Source: Gaiellaceae bacterium (GTDB taxonomy: Bacteria > Actinomycetota > Thermoleophilia > Gaiellales > Gaiellaceae). From it: a DNA stretch of 64,000 nt. The DNA lies in the NCBI GenBank assembly GCA_036506915.1, contig DASXQY010000078.1, positions 551 through 64,550 on the forward strand. Reading direction: 5' to 3'. Below, in pieces: positions 54,423-64,000 of the stretch. Below the pieces are notes generated by a model. That model made no database searches, was not told the origin of the DNA, and saw nothing but the letters and a program-made list of their open reading frames with translations. A program made the position numbers and the translations under genes. Position 1 is the stretch's first letter, and each line of letters begins with the position of its first letter.

Positions 54423-57305
54423 ATGCGGACCGAGGGCCCACCGCCGGACCCGGATCAGGTGGACGGCGCTCAGGCCGCCGAAACGGCCGTGACGCGCACG
54501 TTCCTGATCGCAGACGTGCGTGGCTATACGAGCTTTACGCAGTCTCACGGAGACGAGGCTGCCGGGCATCTCGCCGCGAGGTTCGCAGGGCTCGCGCGGG
54601 CCGCAGTGACTGCGACGGGTGGTGAGGTAATCGAGCTTCGGGGAGACGAGGCGCTCTGTGTCTTCCATTCGGCGCGGCAAGCCCTTCGAGCCGCCGTCGA
54701 GCTGCAGATGCGTTTCCGGCAGCACGTCGAAGGTCAGCCTGCCTTCCCGCTCGGGGTCGGCATCGGCCTCGCCGCAGGCGAGGCGGTACCCGTCGAGGGA
54801 GGCTATCGCGGCGGGGCACTGAACCTCGCCTCGCGCCTCTGCAACCTCGCGAGCGGCGGGCAGATCCTGGCCAGCGAGACCGTGACGAGCCTTGCCGGGA
54901 TGCTCGAGGGCGTTCGGTTCGTCGAGCGCCGTCGCACGAGGCTGAAAGGCCTGGAGAAACCGGTACGGGTGATCGAGGTCGTCCCGGAGGTCGAGCTTCC
55001 GGCGCTACCGGAAGCGCCCCGCGGGCACCGCCCGCGGCCGCTCCTCTTTGGGGCAGCAGGCGCGGTGATTCTCGCCGGCGCGATCACCGCCGCTTCGATC
55101 GAGCTCACTGGCGGCGGAGGCGGCACCACCGCCGCCCTCTCCGCCGTCGTGCCCGACTCGCTCGCGGTCGTCGATCCTAAGACAAACGGAATCGTCGGGC
55201 AGGTGCACATCCCCGGCCGGCCGTCGCTGGTGACGGCGGGGCGAAGATTCGTCTGGGTGGCGAGCGACGCCAGCCGCACCGTCTCGTCGATCGCGTCCGA
55301 CAAGCGAGCGGTGGGGAACGTCGTTGCACCCAACGCGACCCCGAGCGCGCTCACGGCGGAGGGTGACGCGGTCTGGATGTTCGACGGGACCCGCCGCATC
55401 CTCCTAAAGATCGATCCAGCCTACGAGGAACCGACTCGGAGGATCGCTCTGCCACGTGCGCCGCCCCTGCCGGCCACGAACCGCAGGCTGAGCAGCCTGA
55501 GCGTCTTCTTCGGAGCGCACGCTCTGTGGGTCACGGACGGATCGAGCCGCCTGCTCCGCGTAGAGCCTGAAAGCGGGCGTGTCCAAGCGCTTGACGTTCA
55601 CCACCCACTCGACGATGTGGCCGTCTCCGCTGGTGCCGTCTGGGCCGTCAGCGGCCCCGCGGCCTCCCTGTTCAAGATCGATCGGCACGCCCGGGCGATC
55701 GAAACCCGGATTCGCATCGTCAACCGACTCGGCGCGACGGCGCCGTTCCCGGTCGCCGTCGCGGTGGGCGAGGGATCGGTGTGGGTGGTGAACGCGAACA
55801 CGCAGACGGTCAGCAGGATCGATCCGGAGTTCGACAGCGTCACCGCGACAATTCCGCTCGGCATCGGACGGAACCCGAGTGACATCGCAACCGGCGGCGA
55901 CGCGGTGTGGGTCGCGAATAGCGGTAACGGCACGCTGGCAAGGATCGACCCGAGCACCAATTCCTCCTCCGCGATCCCGTTGGGCAACAGGCCGACCAGT
56001 GTTGCCGTCGGCGGCGGCCGGGTGTGGGTGAGCGTTCAGCCGGGCTTCAGGGCCATTCCCAGCAGCGGTGCAGAGCCCGCTTCTGCGTTGGAGCCGGAGA
56101 CGCTCCCTGCCTCCCGGTGCTCACCCGTCGAGTTCGAGGGGAAAGGGCAGCCGCGGTATCTGATCGCCTCTGACCTCCCGTTTCAGGGGCAGAGCAGCTT
56201 GGCGGAAACGCTGCAGATGAGCGACGCCGTCAGGTTCGTGCTTGCGCAGCATCACTTCAGGGCCGGGCGATACTCCGTCGGCTACCAATCCTGCGACGAC
56301 TCGATCGCAGCGACCGGCAGCTACGACAGCGCGCGGTGCAAGGCGAACGCGCAGGCGTACGCCGCCACGAAGAGCGTCATCGGCGTGATCGGCGGCTACA
56401 ACTCGGGATGCGTGCAGGCTCAGCTCGCAGTCCTCGCGCGGGCGCGGGATGGGCCGCTGGCGGTGATCGGCACGGCGTCGACGTACGTGGGCCTGACGCA
56501 CGCCGGGCCCGGCACGGCCCGTGGTGAACCGCAGAAGTACCACCCTGGCGGAAAGCGAAGCTATGTTCGCGTGGTGGCCGCGGACGACATCCAGGGTGCA
56601 GCCGATGCGATCCTGGCAAATCGGCTCGGCGTGACGAGACTCTACGTCCTTCACGACGGAGATCCCTACGGCTTCGGGATCGCATCGGACGTCCGGCACG
56701 CCGCAACCAAACTGGGCGTCCGCATCGCCGGGTTCGAACGCTGGGATCCCCACGCCCGTACGTACGGCGCGCTTGCGCGCCGAGTTCGGAGGACGGGGGC
56801 CGACGGAGTATTCCTAGGCGGCAGTGTCGACATCTCGAACGGGCCTGCGCTGGTCAAGGACCTTCGCGCCGCACTCGGCCAGCGCGTTCACATCCTCCTG
56901 CCCGACGGCTTCTCGCCGATCTCGGCCTTCGCGCAGCTGGCAGGCCCTGCAGCCGAGGGGATCACCGTCAGCCTCCCGGCCCCCGCGCCTGACCGGGTCA
57001 GAGGGGCAGGACGACGGTTCGTCGCCGATTTCAGAAAGGCGATCGGCAGGCCGGTGGAAACGTATTCCGTGACCGCCGCGCAGGCCACAGAAGTTCTGCT
57101 CGATTCGATCGCAAGATCGGACGGGACGCGCGCCTCCGTCACGCGGCAGCTCTTCAAGACCAAGATCAAGAACGGGATCCTCGGCAGCTTCTCCTTCGAT
57201 CGGAAGGGCGATACGACGGCGGGCGCGATGACGATCTACCGCGTCGTGAGCGGGAGACCGAGAGTCTTGAGCGTGATCACCCCGTCGCCGAGCCTCGTCC
57301 GCTAG
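54423..57305 (+). CDS. class III adenylate/guanylate cyclase fused to TM, beta-propeller-like repeats and a type 1 periplasmic binding protein domain
   Basis: TFLIADVRGYT..LRGDEALCVF cyclase core, TM LLFGAAGAVILAGAITAASI, repeated ..VWV(A/T).. blades, and a C-terminal Leu/Ile/Val-binding-protein-like region (VIGVIGGYNSG..). Confidence 0.8.
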   Translation: MRTEGPPPDPDQVDGAQAAETAVTRTFLIADVRGYTSFTQSHGDEAAGHLAARFAGLARAAVTATGGEVIELRGDEALCVFHSARQALRAAVELQMRFRQHVEGQPAFPLGVGIGLAAGEAVPVEGGYRGGALNLASRLCNLASGGQILASETVTSLAGMLEGVRFVERRRTRLKGLEKPVRVIEVVPEVELPALPEAPRGHRPRPLLFGAAGAVILAGAITAASIELTGGGGGTTAALSAVVPDSLAVVDPKTNGIVGQVHIPGRPSLVTAGRRFVWVASDASRTVSSIASDKRAVGNVVAPNATPSALTAEGDAVWMFDGTRRILLKIDPAYEEPTRRIALPRAPPLPATNRRLSSLSVFFGAHALWVTDGSSRLLRVEPESGRVQALDVHHPLDDVAVSAGAVWAVSGPAASLFKIDRHARAIETRIRIVNRLGATAPFPVAVAVGEGSVWVVNANTQTVSRIDPEFDSVTATIPLGIGRNPSDIATGGDAVWVANSGNGTLARIDPSTNSSSAIPLGNRPTSVAVGGGRVWVSVQPGFRAIPSSGAEPASALEPETLPASRCSPVEFEGKGQPRYLIASDLPFQGQSSLAETLQMSDAVRFVLAQHHFRAGRYSVGYQSCDDSIAATGSYDSARCKANAQAYAATKSVIGVIGGYNSGCVQAQLAVLARARDGPLAVIGTASTYVGLTHAGPGTARGEPQKYHPGGKRSYVRVVAADDIQGAADAILANRLGVTRLYVLHDGDPYGFGIASDVRHAATKLGVRIAGFERWDPHARTYGALARRVRRTGADGVFLGGSVDISNGPALVKDLRAALGQRVHILLPDGFSPISAFAQLAGPAAEGITVSLPAPAPDRVRGAGRRFVADFRKAIGRPVETYSVTAAQATEVLLDSIARSDGTRASVTRQLFKTKIKNGILGSFSFDRKGDTTAGAMTIYRVVSGRPRVLSVITPSPSLVR

Positions 57306-57331
57306 CCTCGGTCGACCTCTTCGAAGACGCC

Positions 57332-57817
57332 GTGAGCGAACGTCCGCGCTACTTCATCGGCCAGGCCATCGGTGTCGACGATCTCGAGCAGGAACAGCTC
57401 TATCTGCGGGAGAAGGCTCGACGCCACAATCGACTCCTTCACGGCTGGGGAATCGTCCGCGGCCTGGAGCTGCAGGCGGGGAAGCCGGGCACGGGCGAGG
57501 TGACAATTTCGCCCGGGTATGCGCTCGACCCGCGCGGGGAGGAGATCGTCGTAGACGAGAGCGTGAGCGTCGACCTCTCCGCCCACTCGGTAGGGAAGAC
57601 CCTCTATCTGGCGGTTCGGCAAGACGAGCGCCTTGAGCATCCGGTCCCGTCTCCTCATGGCACGGAGTACTCGCGCATCCGCGAGACCTTCGCCGTGGAG
57701 GTGCTGACCAGCGTGCCGAGACGGAAGACGCTCGTAACCCTCGGGGACGTCGAGCTGGGACGCGGCCACACGATCGCCAGGATCGGCACCGCGCACCGGC
57801 GCCGGGTCGGCGGCTGA
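57332..57817 (+). CDS. hypothetical protein
   Basis: GTG start. RYFIGQAIGVDDLEQEQLYLREKARRHNRLLHGWGIVRGLEL. I cannot name a family. Confidence 0.5.
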   Translation: MSERPRYFIGQAIGVDDLEQEQLYLREKARRHNRLLHGWGIVRGLELQAGKPGTGEVTISPGYALDPRGEEIVVDESVSVDLSAHSVGKTLYLAVRQDERLEHPVPSPHGTEYSRIRETFAVEVLTSVPRRKTLVTLGDVELGRGHTIARIGTAHRRRVGG

Positions 57818-57848
57818 CGGTCGCCAGGGCCGCACTACACTGCGGCTC

Positions 57849-59134
<1,286 letters not shown>

Positions 59135-59138
<4 letters not shown>

Positions 59139-59548
59139 CCGGCTCTCGCGTCCGTGACGCGATGATCCCGGAGCCGCAGACGCTCGATGCGGGCGCGACT
59201 GCGCAGGAGGCGGGCGAGCACCTCGTCCAGCCGGACGTCCGCGCCGTTTTCGTCAGCGACGACCAGAGGCTGGTGGGCGTCGTCACGCGCAAGACCCTCG
59301 TACGCGAGGTGGTCGCGGCGGGCCGCGACCCGCGCGAGGCGAAGCTCGGCGAGATCGCAGAGAAGCCCCACTGGACGCTGGATTCCGACCTGCCACTCGA
59401 CCAGGCGTTCCGGCTCCTCGAGGAGCGCGACGCCGAGCGGGTGCCGGTGACGGAGGACGGCCTCCTCGTCGGCGTGATCTCGCGCAGCGTCCTCCAGCGG
59501 CGGCTGGCCGAGGACGAGCCGCCAACGGACCCCGAAGAAGGGATCTAG
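59135..59548 (+). CDS. CBS-pair domain protein
   Basis: Two CBS-like repeats (VRDAMIPEP.., LVGVVTRKTL; LLVGVISRSVL). ATGA overlap with the gdh stop. Confidence 0.8.
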
Positions 59549-59928
59549 GCTCGGCTCAAGGCGCTGACCTGCGCCTTTGCCATCGCCTCGAAGTTCTCCC
59601 AGAGCTGCGGAGCGCCGCGCCCGCGCATCTCGAGCAGGATGCTCTCCAGCCGTTCCCAGACGCCCGCGACCCAGAGCCAGTCGAACAGGAGCTCCTCGTT
59701 GACGAGGCCCCGCTTCCAGAGCGTCGCGACCGTCTCGTGCCAGGCTGCCATGCCGCTCACGTAGAGGAACTCGTCGGTCCCCGGCGGGTACTTCTCGAAG
59801 AACTCGTCGGCGTCGGTGACGAATTCATCGCTCCAGATCCAGCCGCGCGCCTTGGGGTGCACCATCTGCGACCCGAGCTGCGCGAGCTCAATCACGAGGT
59901 GCGCGTCGTCCTTGGTCGGCTCGGCCAT
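59545..59928 (-). CDS. hypothetical protein
   Basis: ATG 59928 preceded by GAAGGAGGG. MAEPTKDDAHLVIELAQLGS.. . No family recognised. Confidence 0.5.
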   Translation of the reverse strand: MAEPTKDDAHLVIELAQLGSQMVHPKARGWIWSDEFVTDADEFFEKYPPGTDEFLYVSGMAAWHETVATLWKRGLVNEELLFDWLWVAGVWERLESILLEMRGRGAPQLWENFEAMAKAQVSALSRA

Positions 59929-59938
59929 CGTCCCTCCT

Positions 59939-60865
59939 TCAGCAGCAGGTGTATGCCCCGGGCGGAGCTTCTCCCTCCTCCGCCTCGGGCAGCGCCGCGG
60001 CCTCGAGCGCTGCGCCGTGGAGGATGTCACGCTCGCTGGCCTCGAGCTCGTCGAGACCGTAGCGGCCGAGCACCTCGTCGACGATCACAGCGCCGGCGAC
60101 GATCACCGGCGCGCGTTCAGGGTCGAGCGCGGGGAGCTCGCGCCGCTCGGAGAGGGGGAGGGAGGCGAGCCGGTCGAGCTGCTCCTCGACCCCGCGGCGC
60201 GAGATGCGATGGCCGTGGACGCGATCCGGATCGTGCTCGGCCAGGCCGAGGTCGAGGGCGGCGAGGGTCGTGATGGTGCCCGCCACGCCGATCGCGCTCG
60301 TCGGGTGCAGGTGGGGAAGGGCCTCACGGACTGCGGCGGCGGCGGCGTCGAGCTCCTCGCCCGTCGGGGGATCGGTGTGAAAGAAACGCTCGGTCAGACG
60401 ACCGGAGCCGAGGTCGAGGCTCGTCCGAAAATCAGAGCTGATCAGCTCGGTGGAGCCGCCGCCGACGTCGAGCACGAGCGTGTCCGGGCCGAGTGCGCGC
60501 CCGTTCGCCACGCCGCGGCGAGTCAGGTCCGCCTCGTCCTCGCCCGAGAGCAGGCGCGTGACGAAGCCGTAGCTCCACTCGATCTCGCCGAGGAAGGCCT
60601 CGCCGTTCTCGGCGTCGCGGATCGCGCTCGTGCCGACGGCGAGCACGCGCTCCGCGGCGAGCTCGTCCAGCTCGCGGCGGTAGTCGGTCAGGACGTTGCG
60701 CACCCGCGCGATCGGGAGCGGAAGTAGCTTGCGACGCTCGTCCACGCCCTCGCCGAGCCGCGTGATCCGTGTGCGCCGCGCCACCTCCTCGACGCGACCG
60801 CCCGCGACGTCCGCAACGAGCAGCCGGGTCGAGTTGGTGCCGAGATCGACAACGCCCACGCGCAT
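59939..60865 (-). CDS. Ppx/GppA family phosphatase
   Basis: VVDLGTNSTRLLVA, LDVGGGSTEL. Confidence 0.85.
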   Translation of the reverse strand: MRVGVVDLGTNSTRLLVADVAGGRVEEVARRTRITRLGEGVDERRKLLPLPIARVRNVLTDYRRELDELAAERVLAVGTSAIRDAENGEAFLGEIEWSYGFVTRLLSGEDEADLTRRGVANGRALGPDTLVLDVGGGSTELISSDFRTSLDLGSGRLTERFFHTDPPTGEELDAAAAAVREALPHLHPTSAIGVAGTITTLAALDLGLAEHDPDRVHGHRISRRGVEEQLDRLASLPLSERRELPALDPERAPVIVAGAVIVDEVLGRYGLDELEASERDILHGAALEAAALPEAEEGEAPPGAYTCC

Positions 60866-60894
60866 CTCGACGATGGTATCGGTGCCGCGTGAGC

Positions 60895-61701
60895 TTAGGA
60901 ACGCGTGCGAATCCAGGTGAGGACGAGCGCGCGCGCCTTCGCCGAGTAGCGCGCGTTCCCGACCAGGTTCCAGCCGTGCAGCGAACCGGAGTAGAAGACG
61001 GCGCGCTTATCGCGAGCGCCGATCCTGCGGAAGATTCCGAGCGCTTCCTTCACCGGTGCGCGCCAGTCGTGAAGCGTGCCGAGGTAGAGGAACGGTGCGC
61101 GGATCCGCTTGAGCCCGTTCGGGTTGTTGATGCCGAAGCCCGTCCAGAGGCGGGTGCCCGAGAGGCTGACCCGGCCGTCGACTCTGAGGGCGGAGGTGTT
61201 CTGCACGACCGCGGCTCCGCCCATGGAGGCGCCGATGAGGAACACGTGCTCGACACCTTCCTCACGAGCGCGAGCCACCACAGCGGCGAGATCTCTGCCG
61301 AGCGACAGGCGATTGCGCGACGGGGTTTGCGACCGCCCCCAGCCCCGAAAATCGAAGGCGAGGACGCGGAACCCGGCCGGCGCGAGCTTTGCCGCGTAGG
61401 GAAGCGTGTCGCACAGGTCCGAGCGCCCCTGGTGGGCGAGGATGATCGCGGTCGAGCCGCCGCCGGCCTCGATCGTGTAGAGGCGAACGCCGTCCCGCGT
61501 CATCAGCCACGACGGCTGCGCTTCGAGGCCGTACGCGGAGCCACAGGCCTCGGCGAGAGTCGGGGGCGAGTCGGCGGCCGCGGAGCCGCCGGTGGTGGCG
61601 GCGACGACGAGCAGCGCGATGACGAGAGGACGAAGCGGGCGCAGTAGGTCTTGTAGACGTCCGTAGCCCGGGCTATGCTCGAAAGTAGTCCTTTCGCGCA
61701 T
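60895..61701 (-). CDS. secreted alpha/beta hydrolase
   Basis: Signal-like LRPLVIALLVVAATTGGSAAA, nucleophile elbow GASMGG. The ATG 61701 start is uncertain. Confidence 0.65.
   Translation of the reverse strand: MRERTTFEHSPGYGRLQDLLRPLRPLVIALLVVAATTGGSAAADSPPTLAEACGSAYGLEAQPSWLMTRDGVRLYTIEAGGGSTAIILAHQGRSDLCDTLPYAAKLAPAGFRVLAFDFRGWGRSQTPSRNRLSLGRDLAAVVARAREEGVEHVFLIGASMGGAAVVQNTSALRVDGRVSLSGTRLWTGFGINNPNGLKRIRAPFLYLGTLHDWRAPVKEALGIFRRIGARDKRAVFYSGSLHGWNLVGNARYSAKARALVLTWIRTRS
61675..61701. promoter_or_regulatory. 27-nt near-palindrome, candidate PadR operator
   Basis: ATGCTCGAAAGTAGTCCTTTCGCGCAT; 11 of 13 positions are self-complementary. Lies between or over the divergent hydrolase and padR starts. 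Confidence 0.4.
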
Positions 61702-61707
61702 ATTCTC

Positions 61708-62295
61708 ATGGAGACTAGCAACAATCGACCCACGACGACCGAGTACGGCGTGCTCGGCCTCCTCGCCTCCGGCGAGAGCTCGGGCTACGACCTCGCCCGG
61801 GCCGCGTCGCGCAGCATCGGCTACATGTGGGCCCCGTCGCGGAGCCAGATCTACAAGGTGCTTCCGCGCCTCGTGGCAGCCGGCTATGCGGACAGCCGCG
61901 AGGTCGAGCAGCACGGCCGCCCGGACAAGGCGATCTACCGGATCACGCCGGCCGGACTGGAGGCCCTGCGCGCCTGGGTCGAGACCATCGAGGAGGAGTC
62001 GCCGGGTGTCTTCGTGATGAAGCTCTTCTTCGCGTGGACCGCGCCTCCTGAAGCCGCTCGCGAGCAGCTTGCCCGCTACCGAAGCCGGGTCGAGCGGCAT
62101 CTCGCCGAGTTCGAGGAGATGGAACGCAACCTGCCGAACAGCGACGAGCCGGTCCATTCGCGCGTGGCGCTGCGTCACGGGATCCTTCGCGCCCGCGCGA
62201 CGCTCGAATGGGCGAAGGAGGCGGCGGCGCTGCTCGAGAGCGAGGCCGGACGCCGCCCCTCGCACCGGCGTGCCCGGTCGACTCTCAAGGCGTGA
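61708..62295 (+). CDS. PadR family transcriptional regulator
   Basis: YGVLGLLASGESSGYDLA..IYKVLPRLVAAGY..YRITPAGLEAL winged helix. Start is ATG 61708 or ATG 61675. Confidence 0.8.
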   Translation: METSNNRPTTTEYGVLGLLASGESSGYDLARAASRSIGYMWAPSRSQIYKVLPRLVAAGYADSREVEQHGRPDKAIYRITPAGLEALRAWVETIEEESPGVFVMKLFFAWTAPPEAAREQLARYRSRVERHLAEFEEMERNLPNSDEPVHSRVALRHGILRARATLEWAKEAAALLESEAGRRPSHRRARSTLKA

Positions 62296-62309
62296 CTCTC
62301 AGCGGCTAG

Positions 62310-62501
62310 TCAGGCGGCGGCGCTGTAGCCGTGCTCGGGGTCGTGGCTGACGACCTTTGCGAGCACCGACTTCAGCTGGGCGAGCTGGTGTCGGCGGTCG
62401 GCGAGGGCGGTCTCGTCGGCGCCGTCGCCCTCGAGCTGTTGCGTCTCGAGGACGAGGGTCCGGATCCGGTCCAACAGGGGGTCGATCTCGTGCAATGCCA
62501 T
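62310..62501 (-). CDS. small hypothetical protein coupled to the MFS gene (weak call)
   Basis: The ATG shares one nucleotide with the MFS stop (TGATG). 63 aa, helical-looking, high GC3. Confidence 0.35.
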   Translation of the reverse strand: MALHEIDPLLDRIRTLVLETQQLEGDGADETALADRRHQLAQLKSVLAKVVSHDPEHGYSAAA

Positions 62502-63979
62502 CAGGCGGCCTCCTCGATCGGAACTGCGTCGAATTGAGCTTCCTCGACCGCGGCGGGCGGACGGGACTCGATCAGCACCGCCGCGAGGACGGCGGCGAGC
62601 GCGGCCAGCCCGGTCAGGGCGTAGAAGGCGATCTGGAAGCCGTGCGTCAGGGCCGCGGCCCCGAGCGGCGAGGCGCCCGGGTGCGCGTCCACGTAGCGGG
62701 TCGTGAAGGTGGTGGCGATCGTGGACGCCGCGGCGAGCCCGATCGCGCCGCCGATCTGCTGGGTCGTGTTGAGCAGGCCGGAGGCGACGCCCGCGTCGGC
62801 CGCCTCGACCCCCATCAGCGCGGCGATCGTCATCGGCACGAACGCGAAGGCGAGCCCGACCGCGCTGACCAGGAAGGCGGGGAAGAGGTCGAAGAAGTAG
62901 TGGCCGTCCGCGGGGAGCCGGGTGAGCAGCACCAGCGAGCCGGCCGCGAGCGTGAGCCCGACCGGCAGGACGAGGCGGACGCCGACCCGCGTGACCAGGT
63001 TCTGGGAGACGCCGGCGAGCACGATGATCGTCAGCGTCAGCGGCAGGTAGGCAACGCCCGTCTCGATCGCCGAGTAGTGCAGCACCTGCTGCATGTAGAG
63101 GGTGCCGAGGAAAAACTGCGAGAAGACGGAGCTGCCGAGCAGGAACGCGGTCACGTTCGCCCCGGTGAGTGTCCGCAGGCGGAAGATGCGCATCGGCAGC
63201 AGCGGCGCCCTCGAGCGCAGCTCGATCGCGACGAACGCGAGGATCAGCGCGGCGGAACCGGCCAGAAGCCCGATCGTCTCGGTCGTGCCCCAGCCGATCT
63301 CGGTCGCCCGGGTCATCGCGTAGACGAGGAGCATCAGGCCGCCGGTGACCGACGCGGCGCCCGCGACGTCGAAGTAGCGGTGCTGGAGCCCGGCGCGGCT
63401 CTCACGGAGCAGGAACGGGCTGAGCGCGACGATGGCCGCTCCGACCGGGACGTTGATGAAGAAGATCCATGACCAGTTGAGAGAGCTGGTCAGTAGGCCG
63501 CCGAGCAGCACGCCGGCCGCGGCGCCACTGCCGGAGACCGCGCCCCAGACGCCGAGCGCGATGTTGCGCTCGCGCCCTTCGGCGAAGGTGGTGGTCAGGA
63601 TCGAGAGCGCAGCGGGGGCGAGCAACGCTCCGCCGAGCCCCTGCGCGGCGCGGAACGCGATCAGCGACGCCTCCGACCAGGCGAACCCGGCGAGCAGGGA
63701 GCTGGCGGTGAAGAGGATCACGCCCGCAATGAAGAGCCGGCGCCGGCCGAGCAGGTCGGCCATCCGGCCGCCGAGCAGCAGGACGCCGCCGAACATGATC
63801 GCGTAGGCGGTGATCACCCACTGGAGGCTCTCCTGGGTGAAGTGGAGGTCGGTCTTGATCGACGGTAGTGCGACGTTCACGATCGCCACGTCGAGGACGA
63901 CCATGAACTGGGCTGCGACGAGGACCGCGAGCGCGATCCAGCGCCGGTCAGCCAAGGCGGTTTGGTTTCGTGGCGACAT
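62501..63979 (-). CDS. MFS transporter, DHA2 (EmrB/QacA-like, 14-TM) drug-efflux type
   Basis: LDVAIVNVALPSI, GGRMADLLGRRR motif A, about 490 aa. Confidence 0.9.
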   Translation of the reverse strand: MSPRNQTALADRRWIALAVLVAAQFMVVLDVAIVNVALPSIKTDLHFTQESLQWVITAYAIMFGGVLLLGGRMADLLGRRRLFIAGVILFTASSLLAGFAWSEASLIAFRAAQGLGGALLAPAALSILTTTFAEGRERNIALGVWGAVSGSGAAAGVLLGGLLTSSLNWSWIFFINVPVGAAIVALSPFLLRESRAGLQHRYFDVAGAASVTGGLMLLVYAMTRATEIGWGTTETIGLLAGSAALILAFVAIELRSRAPLLPMRIFRLRTLTGANVTAFLLGSSVFSQFFLGTLYMQQVLHYSAIETGVAYLPLTLTIIVLAGVSQNLVTRVGVRLVLPVGLTLAAGSLVLLTRLPADGHYFFDLFPAFLVSAVGLAFAFVPMTIAALMGVEAADAGVASGLLNTTQQIGGAIGLAAASTIATTFTTRYVDAHPGASPLGAAALTHGFQIAFYALTGLAALAAVLAAVLIESRPPAAVEEAQFDAVPIEEAA

Positions 63980-64000
63980 GGAAATCCCTCTCCCTTGGAA

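Overview
Very GC-rich, gene-dense chromosomal segment of actinobacterial type. Third codon positions are almost always G/C, GTG/TTG starts are frequent, there are many 1-4 nt stop/start overlaps, and TANNNT boxes sit directly in front of several start codons. I support about 60 protein genes and one tRNA-Leu(UAA). I saw no rRNA, CRISPR array or intact mobile element.

Most genes are housekeeping:
- Metabolism: ROK kinase, acyl-CoA dehydrogenase, GMC and CrtI-type oxidoreductases, gamma-glutamyltransferase, IDH/IPMDH-family dehydrogenase, aconitase-family hydratase, glutamate dehydrogenase, TrxB, Ppx/GppA.
- A dense set of DNA-repair genes: stand-alone LigD polymerase domain, HhH-GPD protein, Lhr, endonuclease V, Nei/Fpg, AddB-AddA-Nth, RmuC.
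- Nucleotide second-messenger signalling: two class III cyclases, HD-GYP, PAS-GGDEF-EAL.
- A parA-like gene overlapping ftsZ.

The standout is a compact two-gene cassette on the minus strand (14514-15526). A 74-aa peptide with a hydrophobic C-terminal core (..AIIVCGNWPIIVSG) is translationally coupled through a GTGA overlap to a stand-alone methyltransferase with a tetrapyrrole-methylase fold. The methyltransferase motifs match the OphMA/SonM peptide backbone alpha-N-methyltransferases, so this looks like a split-borosin-type RiPP system. It sits among core genes with no protease or transporter next to it.

Secondary items:
- a bacterial eRF1/Vms1-like protein with GGW in place of GGQ
- ftsZ with a long N-terminal Pro/Glu-rich extension, overlapped by the ParA-like ATPase gene
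- a tiny CxxC..CxxC protein with a basic tail downstream of an unusually long, lower-GC intergenic region
- an apparently split or frameshifted sensor diguanylate cyclase/phosphodiesterase
- a perfect 27-nt direct repeat bracketing an 81-nt hairpin-rich insert between convergent genes

All family calls come from motif recognition by eye and memory. No searches were run.
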